Source: a virus
Strand: one strand, 5' to 3'
Length of the DNA stretch: 64,000 bases
IMG/VR virus record: IMGVR_UViG_3300037092_000015
Location: 1-64,000 of that record
The position numbers were made by a program, and so were the translations under genes. The notes beneath the pieces were generated by a model. The model saw only the letters and a program-made list of their open reading frames with translations, made no database searches and was not told the origin of the DNA. Positions 47,255 to 56,867 of the stretch are shown here, piece after piece (position 1 is the stretch's first letter; the number at the start of each line of letters is the position of its first letter).

Positions 47255-50200
47255 TCACCGCGTCAGCGGTAAATTCTTCTTCGCCGGGTGGTCGCGCTCG
47301 TAGGCGAGCACCTCAAGCACCTCAAGCCCAGTGGCCGGCTTTTTCGGCGGCAGCTTAACCTTCACAGGCATGACCGAAGCCATAACCTGCTCAGCTTTCT
47401 GGCGCCGCGCCGATAGCGACTCAATAACTCCCTTGGACGCCGCGCCTACTGACGCCAGCGACGGCGGCAGCGCCGGGGTGGCCGAGTGCACCGTGGCCGG
47501 GGACGCGACAGCGGATGCCTGTGCCATGCTACCTGCCGAACCTTTTTCTGTGACGGTCGTATGATAATGCTCGTGCGCCGCTTTCATTGCTTGCCGGTGG
47601 GTGTTGAATACGCCGTGGTCTTTCCACAGACCAGCGCTGTCAGGATGACCGGCAGAACTAAGAGCGAAACCTTTGCGCCGTGACAAAGGGTTGATATTGT
47701 ATTGCACAGTGTCACCGCGCAGATGGCCGCCCGGAACTTCCTTCTGGAAACTATTAGCCTCTTGATCGTAGGCACCCGTCCCTGGCCCAAACGTATTCCA
47801 ACTATCTTCGTCAGCCAAATTGTGCGTCTTGCGTGCGTCTGCGCTGGCCTTCCTTGCGGCCTCGCTCCAAGTGGCCCGCACGGTCTCCGCCGCGTCCAGT
47901 TCCACCGCCTTGACCTCTCCGCCTTGCTCCACCCAGCTTGCCACCACCTTGCCGGCATCAAAGCCGCCCTCGCTCGCGTAGGCCAGCGCAACCTTCTCCC
48001 CACCGCCCACGACCGGAACGTAACTCGTCTTCCGCTCCACTAGCACAGCCGGGGCGCCCAGCGTCACCGAACCGCCGTCCGCTGCGACCGTGAACTGCAC
48101 CCGCAAGCTCTTGCCGTCCTTGCCGCAGACAACCGCTCCCCAGTCGCCGTCGTTGTCGTAGTCGCAAAGAATATCCTGCACCCAGATGCCGCCGCAAGGA
48201 CCGCACGCGTTGGCACCCACCTCTGGCTCCTTCTGGAACCGTGGGTCGTTCTTGGCCGCCTCGCGCACCAAGTCAGCTAAGTCGCTGTAGAGCATTGCAC
48301 TGGCGCGGACGGTAGCCTCGCTCCGCTGCTCTTGCGCCTCGGCGGCATGAACCGATCTGGATGAAGTAGCGTCGGTGGCTTGGACGCGACTGCGTAACAC
48401 GCCCGCTTTGTCCAGTTCCTTGCCGTGCTTTTCGGCATGGGATTCATGCTCCTTTGCCACAGATTCCCATTGGCTTGCAGTGTTGAGATGCCACTTCCGC
48501 AAGTTGGGTTTGTCTTTGTTGAAATCCGAACCGGCAAGTTCTCGCATCTGCGCGGACTTACCTTGCAATTCTTCCGCCGCGTCTAAGTGCGCTGAATAGG
48601 CTTTCATGTGCCCTGCCGTATTGCTTGCTTCATCCGTAAGCCTGTGCGCCCTTGCACTTCTGGATTCGGCCGCCGCCTTCCGCGCTGCATCGGACCAAGT
48701 AGCCTGCACCACATTGCCAGTAGCCCGCACGACCTCGCGCCCGCCCGCCATTAACTCCGTAGCCCGCACCGGCGGCATCGCACTGAACGCCGGCCTGTTC
48801 GTCAACGTGCCAAGGACAAAGGCTACCCCGGTGATCCGCGCCGGGTTGCTCACGCTCCCCCGCACCCCGTCCGGGAACGCCAGAGCAGGCTTCGCGCAGT
48901 CGCAAGCCGCCACACCGTTCTGGCACGTCCCGCAAACGCACTTCGCGTAGTCCGCGTCCGTGCCGAATGAAGGAGACCACCGACGCCAGTCGCGGTCGTT
49001 AACCGCCTTGGCACCGCTGCCGCTCGGCCTGCCTTCCAACAGCACCGAAGGTCGACCGTAAACCGGGTCGTTGCCAGCGCTGAACTCTGTAGCCCACACG
49101 CTCGCCTGCTTCTCGTCATGCTCGAAGCAACCGTATGGCTCCTGGTCCGGCTTCGCAGCCTTGATCGCGTCCATGCTCTCCTGGCATACCTTGGCGTCGC
49201 GCTCGGGCACAACGTCCACCGTCAAAGTCAACGCGCAGTCGCGGCCCTTGGTCACCGGGCCGGAGAACCCCGCCGTGATGGTGTGGACGCCGCCTGGCGC
49301 CCAGCAGAAACGGACGGGAGCATTCACGCTCCAAGGTTCACTCTTGATTGAAATCTCTTCCGCCACTGCCGAGTAGCAGCGCACGATGTTGCTGTTGTCT
49401 TTGCTCATAGATTGGTTGGTTGCTTTGTTCTTGCCGTAAGCTGCCGCCTCTTTTGCTTTCCAAGTTGCCTTGTGCTTTTCCGCCAGTTTTGAATGCTCAA
49501 ATTCAGCGTTGCCGTGATATTCCTGCATCACTCTGTCGTTTTGGGCAACAGCCTCGCATTTCAGTTTCTTATGCGCCTTTGCGGCATCCTTGTGCGCTTC
49601 TGCCGCCTTTGCGTGGCCCGGCATGTTGTGCATTTCAAGCGCCGTTTGCGTCCACTTCTGAGCGTCGTGTGAAAACTGTTCGGCGGACCAGTCGCGCCGC
49701 ACATCCTCTTTATCCAACACCCCTGCTAATGGACTTTTTGAATACTGGTTCCCGTGAAACTCGTGCCCCGCCGCATACGCGCCAACCGCCGCCGTTACCG
49801 TGCCGAGACGGGAGCCGGATTCTGTGGCGTTCATGCGCTCCATTTCTTGCAGTTCCATCGCCCTGTTGTGCGTTGTCACTCCGCGCTGGTGGTGTATCGC
49901 CATACCTCTGTGATACTCAGCTTCCTCGCCCGACAGTTCTATTTTCCTGCTGCAAGCCAAATGAGCATCATGCGCCTTTTCGTGCGCCGCGTGCGCCGCT
50001 TGATGTTGCCCAAAGTTCCTTGTCCCGGCAGCTTGCATTGTCAAGTTGTCTGCAATATCGCTATCCTTTGCTGCCTGCCGCCTCGCCTCCAGCGCCGCGT
50101 CCCGGGCCGCCTGGCTCCACGTCGCCCGCACCGTGCCCGTGCGAACGGTGCAGGATGCTTTTGCAGTGCCCGCTTTGCTGTGGTGAGTTGTAGCCGCTGA

Positions 50201-50488
50201 CTTGTGGTAGGCAATCTGCATCTGATGATATTGGCTATCGCCACCGTTTTCGATAGCCGTCTGGTGCCGTTCTGCCGCGATTGCGTGGAATTGAACCGCG
50301 CCATTATGGGCAACCTTGTCTCCTAGCATGTTGGCTGCACTGCTCTCCTTGTCTGCCATGTCTGAATATAGTGCCGCCAGTTTAATGCTAGGGTTTTCGC
50401 TATTCTTGGCAGCACGATGCCCCGCCGCGTTCCGGTTGCCGACCGGGGCGCCCGCCAGCACTGCGTTCCGTTGTGTCGTGTCACTCAT
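47255..50488 (-). CDS. Mu-like prohead protease embedded in a modular polyprotein
   Basis: CFEHDEKQAS, RRWSPSF, LGTLTNRPAFSAMPPV core (about 48765-49408) flanked by His/Ala-rich modules. Confidence 0.8.
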   Translation of the reverse strand: MSDTTQRNAVLAGAPVGNRNAAGHRAAKNSENPSIKLAALYSDMADKESSAANMLGDKVAHNGAVQFHAIAAERHQTAIENGGDSQYHQMQIAYHKSAATTHHSKAGTAKASCTVRTGTVRATWSQAARDAALEARRQAAKDSDIADNLTMQAAGTRNFGQHQAAHAAHEKAHDAHLACSRKIELSGEEAEYHRGMAIHHQRGVTTHNRAMELQEMERMNATESGSRLGTVTAAVGAYAAGHEFHGNQYSKSPLAGVLDKEDVRRDWSAEQFSHDAQKWTQTALEMHNMPGHAKAAEAHKDAAKAHKKLKCEAVAQNDRVMQEYHGNAEFEHSKLAEKHKATWKAKEAAAYGKNKATNQSMSKDNSNIVRCYSAVAEEISIKSEPWSVNAPVRFCWAPGGVHTITAGFSGPVTKGRDCALTLTVDVVPERDAKVCQESMDAIKAAKPDQEPYGCFEHDEKQASVWATEFSAGNDPVYGRPSVLLEGRPSGSGAKAVNDRDWRRWSPSFGTDADYAKCVCGTCQNGVAACDCAKPALAFPDGVRGSVSNPARITGVAFVLGTLTNRPAFSAMPPVRATELMAGGREVVRATGNVVQATWSDAARKAAAESRSARAHRLTDEASNTAGHMKAYSAHLDAAEELQGKSAQMRELAGSDFNKDKPNLRKWHLNTASQWESVAKEHESHAEKHGKELDKAGVLRSRVQATDATSSRSVHAAEAQEQRSEATVRASAMLYSDLADLVREAAKNDPRFQKEPEVGANACGPCGGIWVQDILCDYDNDGDWGAVVCGKDGKSLRVQFTVAADGGSVTLGAPAVLVERKTSYVPVVGGGEKVALAYASEGGFDAGKVVASWVEQGGEVKAVELDAAETVRATWSEAARKASADARKTHNLADEDSWNTFGPGTGAYDQEANSFQKEVPGGHLRGDTVQYNINPLSRRKGFALSSAGHPDSAGLWKDHGVFNTHRQAMKAAHEHYHTTVTEKGSAGSMAQASAVASPATVHSATPALPPSLASVGAASKGVIESLSARRQKAEQVMASVMPVKVKLPPKKPATGLEVLEVLAYERDHPAKKNLPLTR

Positions 50489-50643
50489 GTCACTTGAGCA
50501 GTTGCACCCGGTTAACCGACGCTGCGTAATCCGTTTCGTGTCTGCTTCGCGGGCTATGCTCATTGAACACGCCCGCCACTGCCGTTGTAAGCCGTTCGCT
50601 CACGTCCGTTTATGTTTACCGACTCTATTCAATCTTCTTTGTT

Positions 50644-52530
50644 TCAATCCGCGCCCAGCCCGCGAGGGCGGGGCGACATTCGGTTCGTCTTTGAAATTTC
50701 GTCCACGGTTGCCACGACATTTTTCCACTCGCCGTTTCCGGTTCCCGCAACCTTGCACTTCACAACGGCCTGCTCGACCTTTGCCAACTGCTCCGCCGTA
50801 GCCTTGGACAGCGCCGCTCGCAGCCGGTAGCTGCTAGCCGCCGCCCGCGCCTCAACCTGCTCCGGCTCCTGTTCGCCGCCGACTGGTGCCCCGCCTTGCG
50901 CCTCTGATTGCAAAGCCATCGACGCCTTTGCTTGCTGGACTTGACGTTCTAGTTGCTGTTCAAACTTTTCCTCTTCGGTCAGCGCCTCTCCTTGGACCTG
51001 TATCACGCCGTTCACAAGCACTTGGTCACCAGGTTGCGGCTGCTTCAACCCGACCACCTTGTAGGCTTCTTCCGCAACCACCGGCATCTTGCACGTCGTA
51101 GTGATCGTGCCCATGCGTACCGCCGCTTCCTGCGGAGACTCAATGTGCGTAAAGTCAGCCGTCACCCTCGGGCGCTCCTTGGCGTCACCGTAATTCACAG
51201 TCAGTAGCGTCGTGGCGAACTGGTACTCCAAAACTTCTGCCACCCAGTCCGTTACCGCTTCAAGCTTCTCCTGCTTAACTTCACCGTGCACCTTGCCTAG
51301 ACCGTAGCTGCCGCCGCCTTTGCCTTGGTCTCCCGTGTCGCTAGTTAGCGTTTGGCCTAGGAACAACTGCTCGCACCACTTCTCTGCAAGGGAAATCATC
51401 ACCCTTATCGGGTTGTCCGCCGTGATGCTCTGCGGTGCTATCACAGTCGGCTTCATGCTATCGCTCTGCGCTGCATAGACGATGAAACCTTGCGCCGCGC
51501 ACCGGGCCGCCGCCGCCTCGAACTGGTCAATCTCTGACTGAGAAATGCCTGGCATGTATGGGATGGCCATGAACGGGTTGCCGAACTTTTGCCCGAAGTT
51601 GCGCATCCAGTCCATCGCAAACACGATGTTCAGCCACGCCGTAGCAATGCACCGCATCTCGCCCGCCATGAGAAAGCTGCCGCTCTTGCTCTTGTGCTTC
51701 GCCACCATGAACTTGCGCGGGTCGTTCAGCAGCTTGCGCGGCACAACAGAACCCGGAAACGAAAGGTTGTCCTCTCCGCGCCCGTCGTCCGCAACCCCCA
51801 CACTTCCGTCCGCCTGCACCGCTATGTAGCGCGGGTTGACCCACCCGGACGCACGCACTGTTCGCTCTAGCTTGCCGCCGCCTACCGATGCAGGGTTTGA
51901 CCAGAGCAGTTCCGTGATGCTGATACCGTTCGGTATGGCGTCCGTAAGGTCGTAAACCATCCCCTTGAAGTTGTCCTCTTCCTTGAACCTGTCCGGCTCG
52001 AAACTACCGAAACTGCGCCGCACGAAGTCCGCCTTCTCAACCGCGCTCTTAGTCGGCGGTGTGCTTTCGTCAACCGTGAACGGAGTTACCTTGTAGTTCA
52101 CCATCTTTGCCGCCGTCCGCAACGTGTTCAAGCAGCGCCGATACGTCGGCCACGTGTCTGCGATTTTCACTCCCAAAGCTGCTTGCTGCCAAAGCGACCC
52201 CGCCGCCGCGCCACGAAGCAACGCGGAAATTTGCGGGATGGAGAGCACGTCTGGCAATCCCAACCACCAATCACTGAGCGCGTTTGCTGGCACCTGCCGC
52301 CCCGCCAAGTCCCCCGCCGCCGCCTTCGCCGGCACTTGCTTGCCGCGCCGTATCGAAGCAGGCAGTTCACCAACGGCCCTAACCAAGTTTGACACCGCGC
52401 CGCCAAATGGAAACGACACGGCCTTGACCGGCTTCCGGTTCACCGTGTAGAGGAGGTAATTAACTACTCCGGCGAGATACGCTACCACTTTGCACCTCCA
52501 CAAAGGAAAAGGCCGGCGGCTTCGGGACAC
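50644..52530 (-). CDS. Portal protein (DUF935/Mu gp29-like); start uncertain
   Basis: DAIPNGISITELLW, WMRNFGQKFGNP, FLGQTLTSD..GGSYGLGKVHGEV. Confidence 0.88.
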   Translation of the reverse strand: MSRSRRPFPLWRCKVVAYLAGVVNYLLYTVNRKPVKAVSFPFGGAVSNLVRAVGELPASIRRGKQVPAKAAAGDLAGRQVPANALSDWWLGLPDVLSIPQISALLRGAAAGSLWQQAALGVKIADTWPTYRRCLNTLRTAAKMVNYKVTPFTVDESTPPTKSAVEKADFVRRSFGSFEPDRFKEEDNFKGMVYDLTDAIPNGISITELLWSNPASVGGGKLERTVRASGWVNPRYIAVQADGSVGVADDGRGEDNLSFPGSVVPRKLLNDPRKFMVAKHKSKSGSFLMAGEMRCIATAWLNIVFAMDWMRNFGQKFGNPFMAIPYMPGISQSEIDQFEAAAARCAAQGFIVYAAQSDSMKPTVIAPQSITADNPIRVMISLAEKWCEQLFLGQTLTSDTGDQGKGGGSYGLGKVHGEVKQEKLEAVTDWVAEVLEYQFATTLLTVNYGDAKERPRVTADFTHIESPQEAAVRMGTITTTCKMPVVAEEAYKVVGLKQPQPGDQVLVNGVIQVQGEALTEEEKFEQQLERQVQQAKASMALQSEAQGGAPVGGEQEPEQVEARAAASSYRLRAALSKATAEQLAKVEQAVVKCKVAGTGNGEWKNVVATVDEISKTNRMSPRPRGLGAD

Positions 52531-52643
52531 CTGTATCCCGGAGCCGCCTGGCCCCCCATACCCACAACCGTCACTGTGTTGCCGAATCTCACCAAGGTTC
52601 TTCGCGTTCTGCTAAACTTTCGGACCGCAACTGTTACAATGCG

Positions 52644-52672
52644 AAAATAGCGACCGCCTCCGTTTCTGGCAA
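52644..52672 (-). promoter_or_regulatory. Sigma70-like promoter TTGCCA-17-TATTTT for the head operon
   Basis: Correct spacing; just downstream of a terminator. Confidence 0.5.
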
Positions 52673-52711
52673 TAGAGGTTGCGCATTTTGTTTATTTTGT
52701 TTGCGGGCAGC

Positions 52712-52737
52712 AAAAAGCCCCGGCTTGCACCGAGGCT
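52712..52737 (-). terminator. Rho-independent terminator
   Basis: AGCCTCGG-TGCAAG-CCGGGGCT then TTTT on the minus strand. Confidence 0.65.
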
Positions 52738-52768
52738 GACACCGATAAGATTGAAGATGTGAACTTCC

Positions 52769-52993
52769 CTACTTGCCTCTAGCTCCGTGGAACAGCGCGT
52801 CAAACATTGCGTCGCCAGTCTTGCATTCAGCCTTGCCCGCCGCGTAGCCGTCGTTGAACGCTACCCGTATCAGCCGCTCAAGACTGTCCACCGTCATCGT
52901 GACGCGCTTAGCCGCAAACAGCTTCGCGTTGCACTGCCGCACCCGAGCCATGTAGCTATCGGCTGATGCGCTCACGCCGCCTGCTCCCGCCAC
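52769..52993 (-). CDS. Hypothetical protein
   Basis: Operon packing. Confidence 0.5.
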   Translation of the reverse strand: MAGAGGVSASADSYMARVRQCNAKLFAAKRVTMTVDSLERLIRVAFNDGYAAGKAECKTGDAMFDALFHGARGK

Positions 52994-53193
52994 TCGTCAA
53001 CGCCCATCTCACGCTCCACGTCCGCCTTCACCTTGGCCGCCGATTCCGCCCGCGTCTCGCCTGAGTTGAACCAAAGCTCCCGATCCACCGGCTCTCCCGT
53101 GGCGCTGGTCCCGTCCGTAAGCGGCTCCACCGACGCCCACGCCACCCACCCCGGACCCACCGCGCCGCGCCGGCACTTGAAGTAGCCTGTCAC
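52972..53193 (-). CDS. Hypothetical protein
   Basis: Operon packing. Confidence 0.55.
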   Translation of the reverse strand: MTGYFKCRRGAVGPGWVAWASVEPLTDGTSATGEPVDRELWFNSGETRAESAAKVKADVEREMGVDEWREQAA

Positions 53194-53510
53194 CGGCCAG
53201 CGCCTTTCTTACCGCTGCGCGGCGGCCTGACCTCTACAGCTACAGGAACCGGCACTGTCAACACCCCGTTCTTCCGCGCAAGCATCGCCGTCGCCGCCAT
53301 TTCTGACACTGTTAGGTTCTCTGGGTTCGGGCGCCGCTTGAACACCGCGCACATCGGCCTGCCAGACGGCACGAGCCGTTCTACAATCATAAACCCGCGA
53401 CTGTCCACTTGTGGGGGTGCCCCCATGCAGTCTCCCTTGTCCATGCTCGGCTTGCGGTGAAAGTAGAAGCACTGGCCGCACGTATCCATGCCGTTGATTG
53501 TGTTGCTCAT
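53190..53510 (-). CDS. Cys-containing hypothetical protein
   Basis: CGQCFYF..GDCMGAPP..C. Confidence 0.6.
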   Translation of the reverse strand: MSNTINGMDTCGQCFYFHRKPSMDKGDCMGAPPQVDSRGFMIVERLVPSGRPMCAVFKRRPNPENLTVSEMAATAMLARKNGVLTVPVPVAVEVRPPRSGKKGAGR

Positions 53511-53512
53511 AG

Positions 53513-53767
53513 TTAAGTTTGCTTGCTGCCGCTGTTCGCTGCCGCCTCTAACGCCCTGTCGTATTCTGCCTCGTCAAACTCTATCCTGCCGTTGAACCTG
53601 TGCACCGGCCCGATACCTACCGCCGCCCGCCACTCATCATGCAACCGCTCACACCGTAGCCGCCTCTGCGTCTTGCTGTTCGGGTTCGGCAAGCTGCACA
53701 GCAACTGCCGAGCTGCCGCGTGTTTGAGGTTCGCTACCTTGCACTCGCGTCTCTGCTTCGGAGTCAT
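53513..53767 (-). CDS. Hypothetical protein
   Basis: ATGA-coupled to TerL. Confidence 0.55.
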   Translation of the reverse strand: MTPKQRRECKVANLKHAAARQLLCSLPNPNSKTQRRLRCERLHDEWRAAVGIGPVHRFNGRIEFDEAEYDRALEAAANSGSKQT

Positions 53768-55155
53768 AGCCTTCCTATCATCCTTTCCTCACCTGGACGT
53801 CCTGCCGACTGGCTCTTCCATGCGCCACTCCCAAACACCGAGGCGGAACTGAATCCGCCAGACACCCCGAGCGCCACTGCCAGATAGCGCAAGGCATCAA
53901 GCGCATGATCGTTCTCCTTCACCGGCTGGTCCTTCGGTTTGTCCGGCGCCCAGACGTAGCTCTCGAACTCGTTTATCAAATTAACGCACGATGGGTCTAC
54001 CGTCAGCCGTGGCCGCCCGTCACCTGCCACCTTGAGCAAGTTCTGTATCTTGTTGATGCCATCAATCACCCTTCCCTTTTCCCCGCGTGCGAACACCTGC
54101 ATGGAGTTCATGTCCGCTATCAGCCCAGCCGCCGCCTCGTCCACCGCTGCGAACTCGTGCCGTCGCCCTTCGGCCTTGAACCACTTGCACGCCTGCCCGA
54201 CTACAACGTTCTGTAGCTGGCCGCGCTCATACCACTCTTGAAACACATGCCAACGACCATCGCTGTCCAAACCTACGTCCAGAATCACAGCCGGGTTCGT
54301 GTAGCCCTCGTCGCACGCTAGCAGCCACCGCTTCATGTCGCCAGGCTGCCGAACCAGCACATGCACCGCTGCGCTGAACCCGTCATACACCGCACCCTCT
54401 GCCGACGCCCACGCGCCCTCGAACAGCCGCTTTCGACGCATTCCAGTCAGGTCGTTCAGCACCGCCATGCGCCGGCTACCGTCCTCTGTCAATATATAGG
54501 TGCATCCATTGCGTATAACGGAACCTTGCGGGTTGCCTTGAGGAAACTCTTTAGCCGCTTGTTCCGGTGTCAGGTTTCGGTAGATAGTAGGGTTGTCGGT
54601 GTGCACTGACGACAGCAACCGAATCTTTCCATCCTTAGCCCGCTTTCGTATCCAGTGCTGACTCCCGCCAGGGTTCGCGTCACCGTAGAGTTGCGGCCAC
54701 TTCACAACCGCCCCGCGACCGCTGCACCGTGTTGCTAAATACTCCCAGTCGTTAAGGGAAAGCTCCTCTGTCTGGCATGTGTAAATAAAATCACGCTCGC
54801 TGCTAAGGATGCGGTCTGGATTGTCCATTCCACCGCACCATATCGTTGACCCGTTCGGGTAGATGAAACGCGACGGGGTTTCCCCTCCGAACGCCTCTAC
54901 TCCGCCGTTGCCATGTGTCACCTTGGCAAACGTCTTTAGCACAGACCCCGCTAGACTAGCCGCAGTCTTGCGCACAATAGCCCCCTGGCAGCCCGGGTAG
55001 GTCATGCACAATATGTGCGCCTTCATACAGCACGGCCACGTCTTGCCAGTGTCCGAAGGACCACAAATAATAACCTCGTGCTCCCTCGACGCCACCAAGT
55101 CGTAAGCGGCCCCGCGTAGTGGCTCCTTCTTTGACTTGACGATGCGCCGCGCCAT
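53764..55155 (-). CDS. terL: Terminase large subunit (PBSX-like)
   Basis: GPSDTGKT, QTEEL, DANPG, DEGYTNP, PVKENDHALDALRY. Confidence 0.93.
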   Translation of the reverse strand: MARRIVKSKKEPLRGAAYDLVASREHEVIICGPSDTGKTWPCCMKAHILCMTYPGCQGAIVRKTAASLAGSVLKTFAKVTHGNGGVEAFGGETPSRFIYPNGSTIWCGGMDNPDRILSSERDFIYTCQTEELSLNDWEYLATRCSGRGAVVKWPQLYGDANPGGSQHWIRKRAKDGKIRLLSSVHTDNPTIYRNLTPEQAAKEFPQGNPQGSVIRNGCTYILTEDGSRRMAVLNDLTGMRRKRLFEGAWASAEGAVYDGFSAAVHVLVRQPGDMKRWLLACDEGYTNPAVILDVGLDSDGRWHVFQEWYERGQLQNVVVGQACKWFKAEGRRHEFAAVDEAAAGLIADMNSMQVFARGEKGRVIDGINKIQNLLKVAGDGRPRLTVDPSCVNLINEFESYVWAPDKPKDQPVKENDHALDALRYLAVALGVSGGFSSASVFGSGAWKSQSAGRPGEERMIGRL

Positions 55156-55739
55156 TACGGAAGGTCCTTCTCCGCCACGCCGCAATCCCACACTGCCGTC
55201 GCCTCAGTGCCATCCGGTGCCTTGACCGACAATGTGCCACCCTCCCGTGGCGGCTCCCGGTATGTCTTTGGGTCATGCGACTTGAGTAAGAATATGGTCA
55301 GGGTGTCGCTAAACTCCCTCACCTTGTCCACGCATACGGGCTTGCCAGCGGCATTCTTCATCCAGATGCGCTTCTCTACCCCGTCTCTTGCCCGTTTAAT
55401 CGCCGCATTTGTTAGCCTGCCGACTGCTAACTTTAAGGCTTGGTCCCATTGCTTAGCGAACAGTTGGCTTTTCTTTCGAGCATTGTAGGCGGTCGGTGGC
55501 GTGATTCCAGCCTCCTCGCACGACGCTGCTACGTTAGGCACGTTAGCTAATGCCGTAAGGAACTTACTTCGCCAATTACCTTTGCCGGCAGCCGTACTTC
55601 GCCGCCTTCCTTTTTTAATTCCTTTAGGCGTAACTTTCGTAAATGCTTCCTTGTCACCCTGCCCCGGCCTTATCGTAGTGCCTACGGGCTTGCCTTTCGC
55701 ATTTAACTTAACCCCATGTTGGCTGCCGTTGCCGTTCAT
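55155..55739 (-). CDS. terS: Terminase small subunit
   Basis: WRSKFLTALANVPNVAASCEEAGI..AYNARK..FAKQWDQA..FSDTLTIFLLK; directly upstream of TerL. Confidence 0.8.
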   Translation of the reverse strand: MNGNGSQHGVKLNAKGKPVGTTIRPGQGDKEAFTKVTPKGIKKGRRRSTAAGKGNWRSKFLTALANVPNVAASCEEAGITPPTAYNARKKSQLFAKQWDQALKLAVGRLTNAAIKRARDGVEKRIWMKNAAGKPVCVDKVREFSDTLTIFLLKSHDPKTYREPPREGGTLSVKAPDGTEATAVWDCGVAEKDLP

Positions 55740-56030
55740 GCGTCGAACACCTTTCCTGCGCTAGCCACGATGCGGCCACGCTTGTCGGTCAGCCTTTTGT
55801 TGTTTGCATTTGTTGTCAGCCCCATATTGCTCCCGTTATCTTTTCCTCCTTACTACCCCAAAACCCCATCGCCCGGTTCCTGGGGCGTGGCCTGCTCGTC
55901 TTGAACTCCTTGGCTATCTGCCGCGTCTGAGCCTCGACGAACACGTCGCCAGACTCCCACCTTATCGGCTCCCCGTTGCGACCGATGTCGGTCTCGCAGC
56001 CTGAAACTTCTAATGTCCTATGCATTGCGC

Positions 56031-56057
56031 TGTTATGTAACTTTGGTTAGGGGTCAT
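56031..56057 (+). other. Left boundary of the cassette array; attI/attG-like simple site
   Basis: ATGTAAC-TTTG-G|TTAGGGGTCAT; GTTAGGGGTCAT (56046-56057) is the exact reverse complement of ATGACCCCTAAC (56624-56635). Confidence 0.55.
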
Positions 56058-56710
56058 AGCAGCACGCCTTGGTTTGCCTCGCGTTCCAGACGGGAGCAGG
56101 CGGTTGCGTAGTGTGTCGGATTCTTCTCGATGCCCACGAAGTTGCGGCGAGTTTTCAGACAGGCCAGCCCTGTGCTTCCGCTGCCCATCCACGGGTCTAG
56201 CACGGTGTCGCCTTCCTTCGTTACGTCGAGGATGATTTGTTGCATCAGTCGCACCGGCTTCTGTGACGGATGCCCTGTCCATTCGTCGCCAGTGTATGAC
56301 GCCGCGACGGTCGAGTTGATCAGGTATTGCCGATAGACTTTGTAGTTCGCCTGACCGTTGCGCTCGTAGATGCGTTCGTATTGGCTTCCGCAGCCTGTCT
56401 TTTTATCCCAGATGTGGATTGCCGTGTAGTCGAGCGGGAAGTCCGCCTTCGCAGACCAGAAGATGAGTTGCCGACATTCTATCAGGCGCAGAGATTCGAG
56501 CAGCCCGTCCTCGTATCCGTAGGCTTCCGCGTGGTAGTCAGGATATGGCGGGTCACAGATTATCACGTCGCACTTCATCGGGAGCATCGTCTGGCAGTCG
56601 CCGAGTATGAGAGTCGCCACGACATGACCCCTAACAAATCGCTTCAGCGAACCGCCGTTGGGCGTCGCAGGCGAGTTCGGGAGCGTTAGCTCGGCGGTCG
56701 CTGAGCTCAT
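56054..56710 (-). CDS. DNA N6/N4 methyltransferase (cassette 1)
   Basis: DPPY, HPSQKP, DPWMGSGST; ATG lies inside attC1. Confidence 0.88.
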   Translation of the reverse strand: MSSATAELTLPNSPATPNGGSLKRFVRGHVVATLILGDCQTMLPMKCDVIICDPPYPDYHAEAYGYEDGLLESLRLIECRQLIFWSAKADFPLDYTAIHIWDKKTGCGSQYERIYERNGQANYKVYRQYLINSTVAASYTGDEWTGHPSQKPVRLMQQIILDVTKEGDTVLDPWMGSGSTGLACLKTRRNFVGIEKNPTHYATACSRLEREANQGVLL

Positions 56711-56719
56711 ACGTTAGAC
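56629..56719 (+). repeat. attC site 1
   Basis: CCCTAAC-AAATC-GCTTCAG...CTGAGC-TCATAC-GTTAGAC. Confidence 0.85.
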
Positions 56720-56867
56720 AGCCGGGCCGCACGTTGGGTTTGCGTTTGGTTTTCGACCAGCGGGCGGCGACCGCAGCGCGGGCTTGCTCGCTGGTGCGGG
56801 CTTTTGCCGCGCCAGTCCCAGCAGACCCTCCGAGTTTTCCGAGCGCGACCGCGGCGGGATTTTTCAT
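56631..56867 (-). CDS. Small basic protein (cassette 2)
   Basis: MKNPAAVALGKLGG..ARAAVAARW. Confidence 0.7.
   Translation of the reverse strand: MKNPAAVALGKLGGSAGTGAAKARTSEQARAAVAARWSKTKRKPNVRPGCLTYELSDRRANAPELACDAQRRFAEAIC

Noticed and set aside
44996-47272. 758-aa plus-strand ORF
   Set aside because: Antisense shadow of the codon-biased capsid gene.
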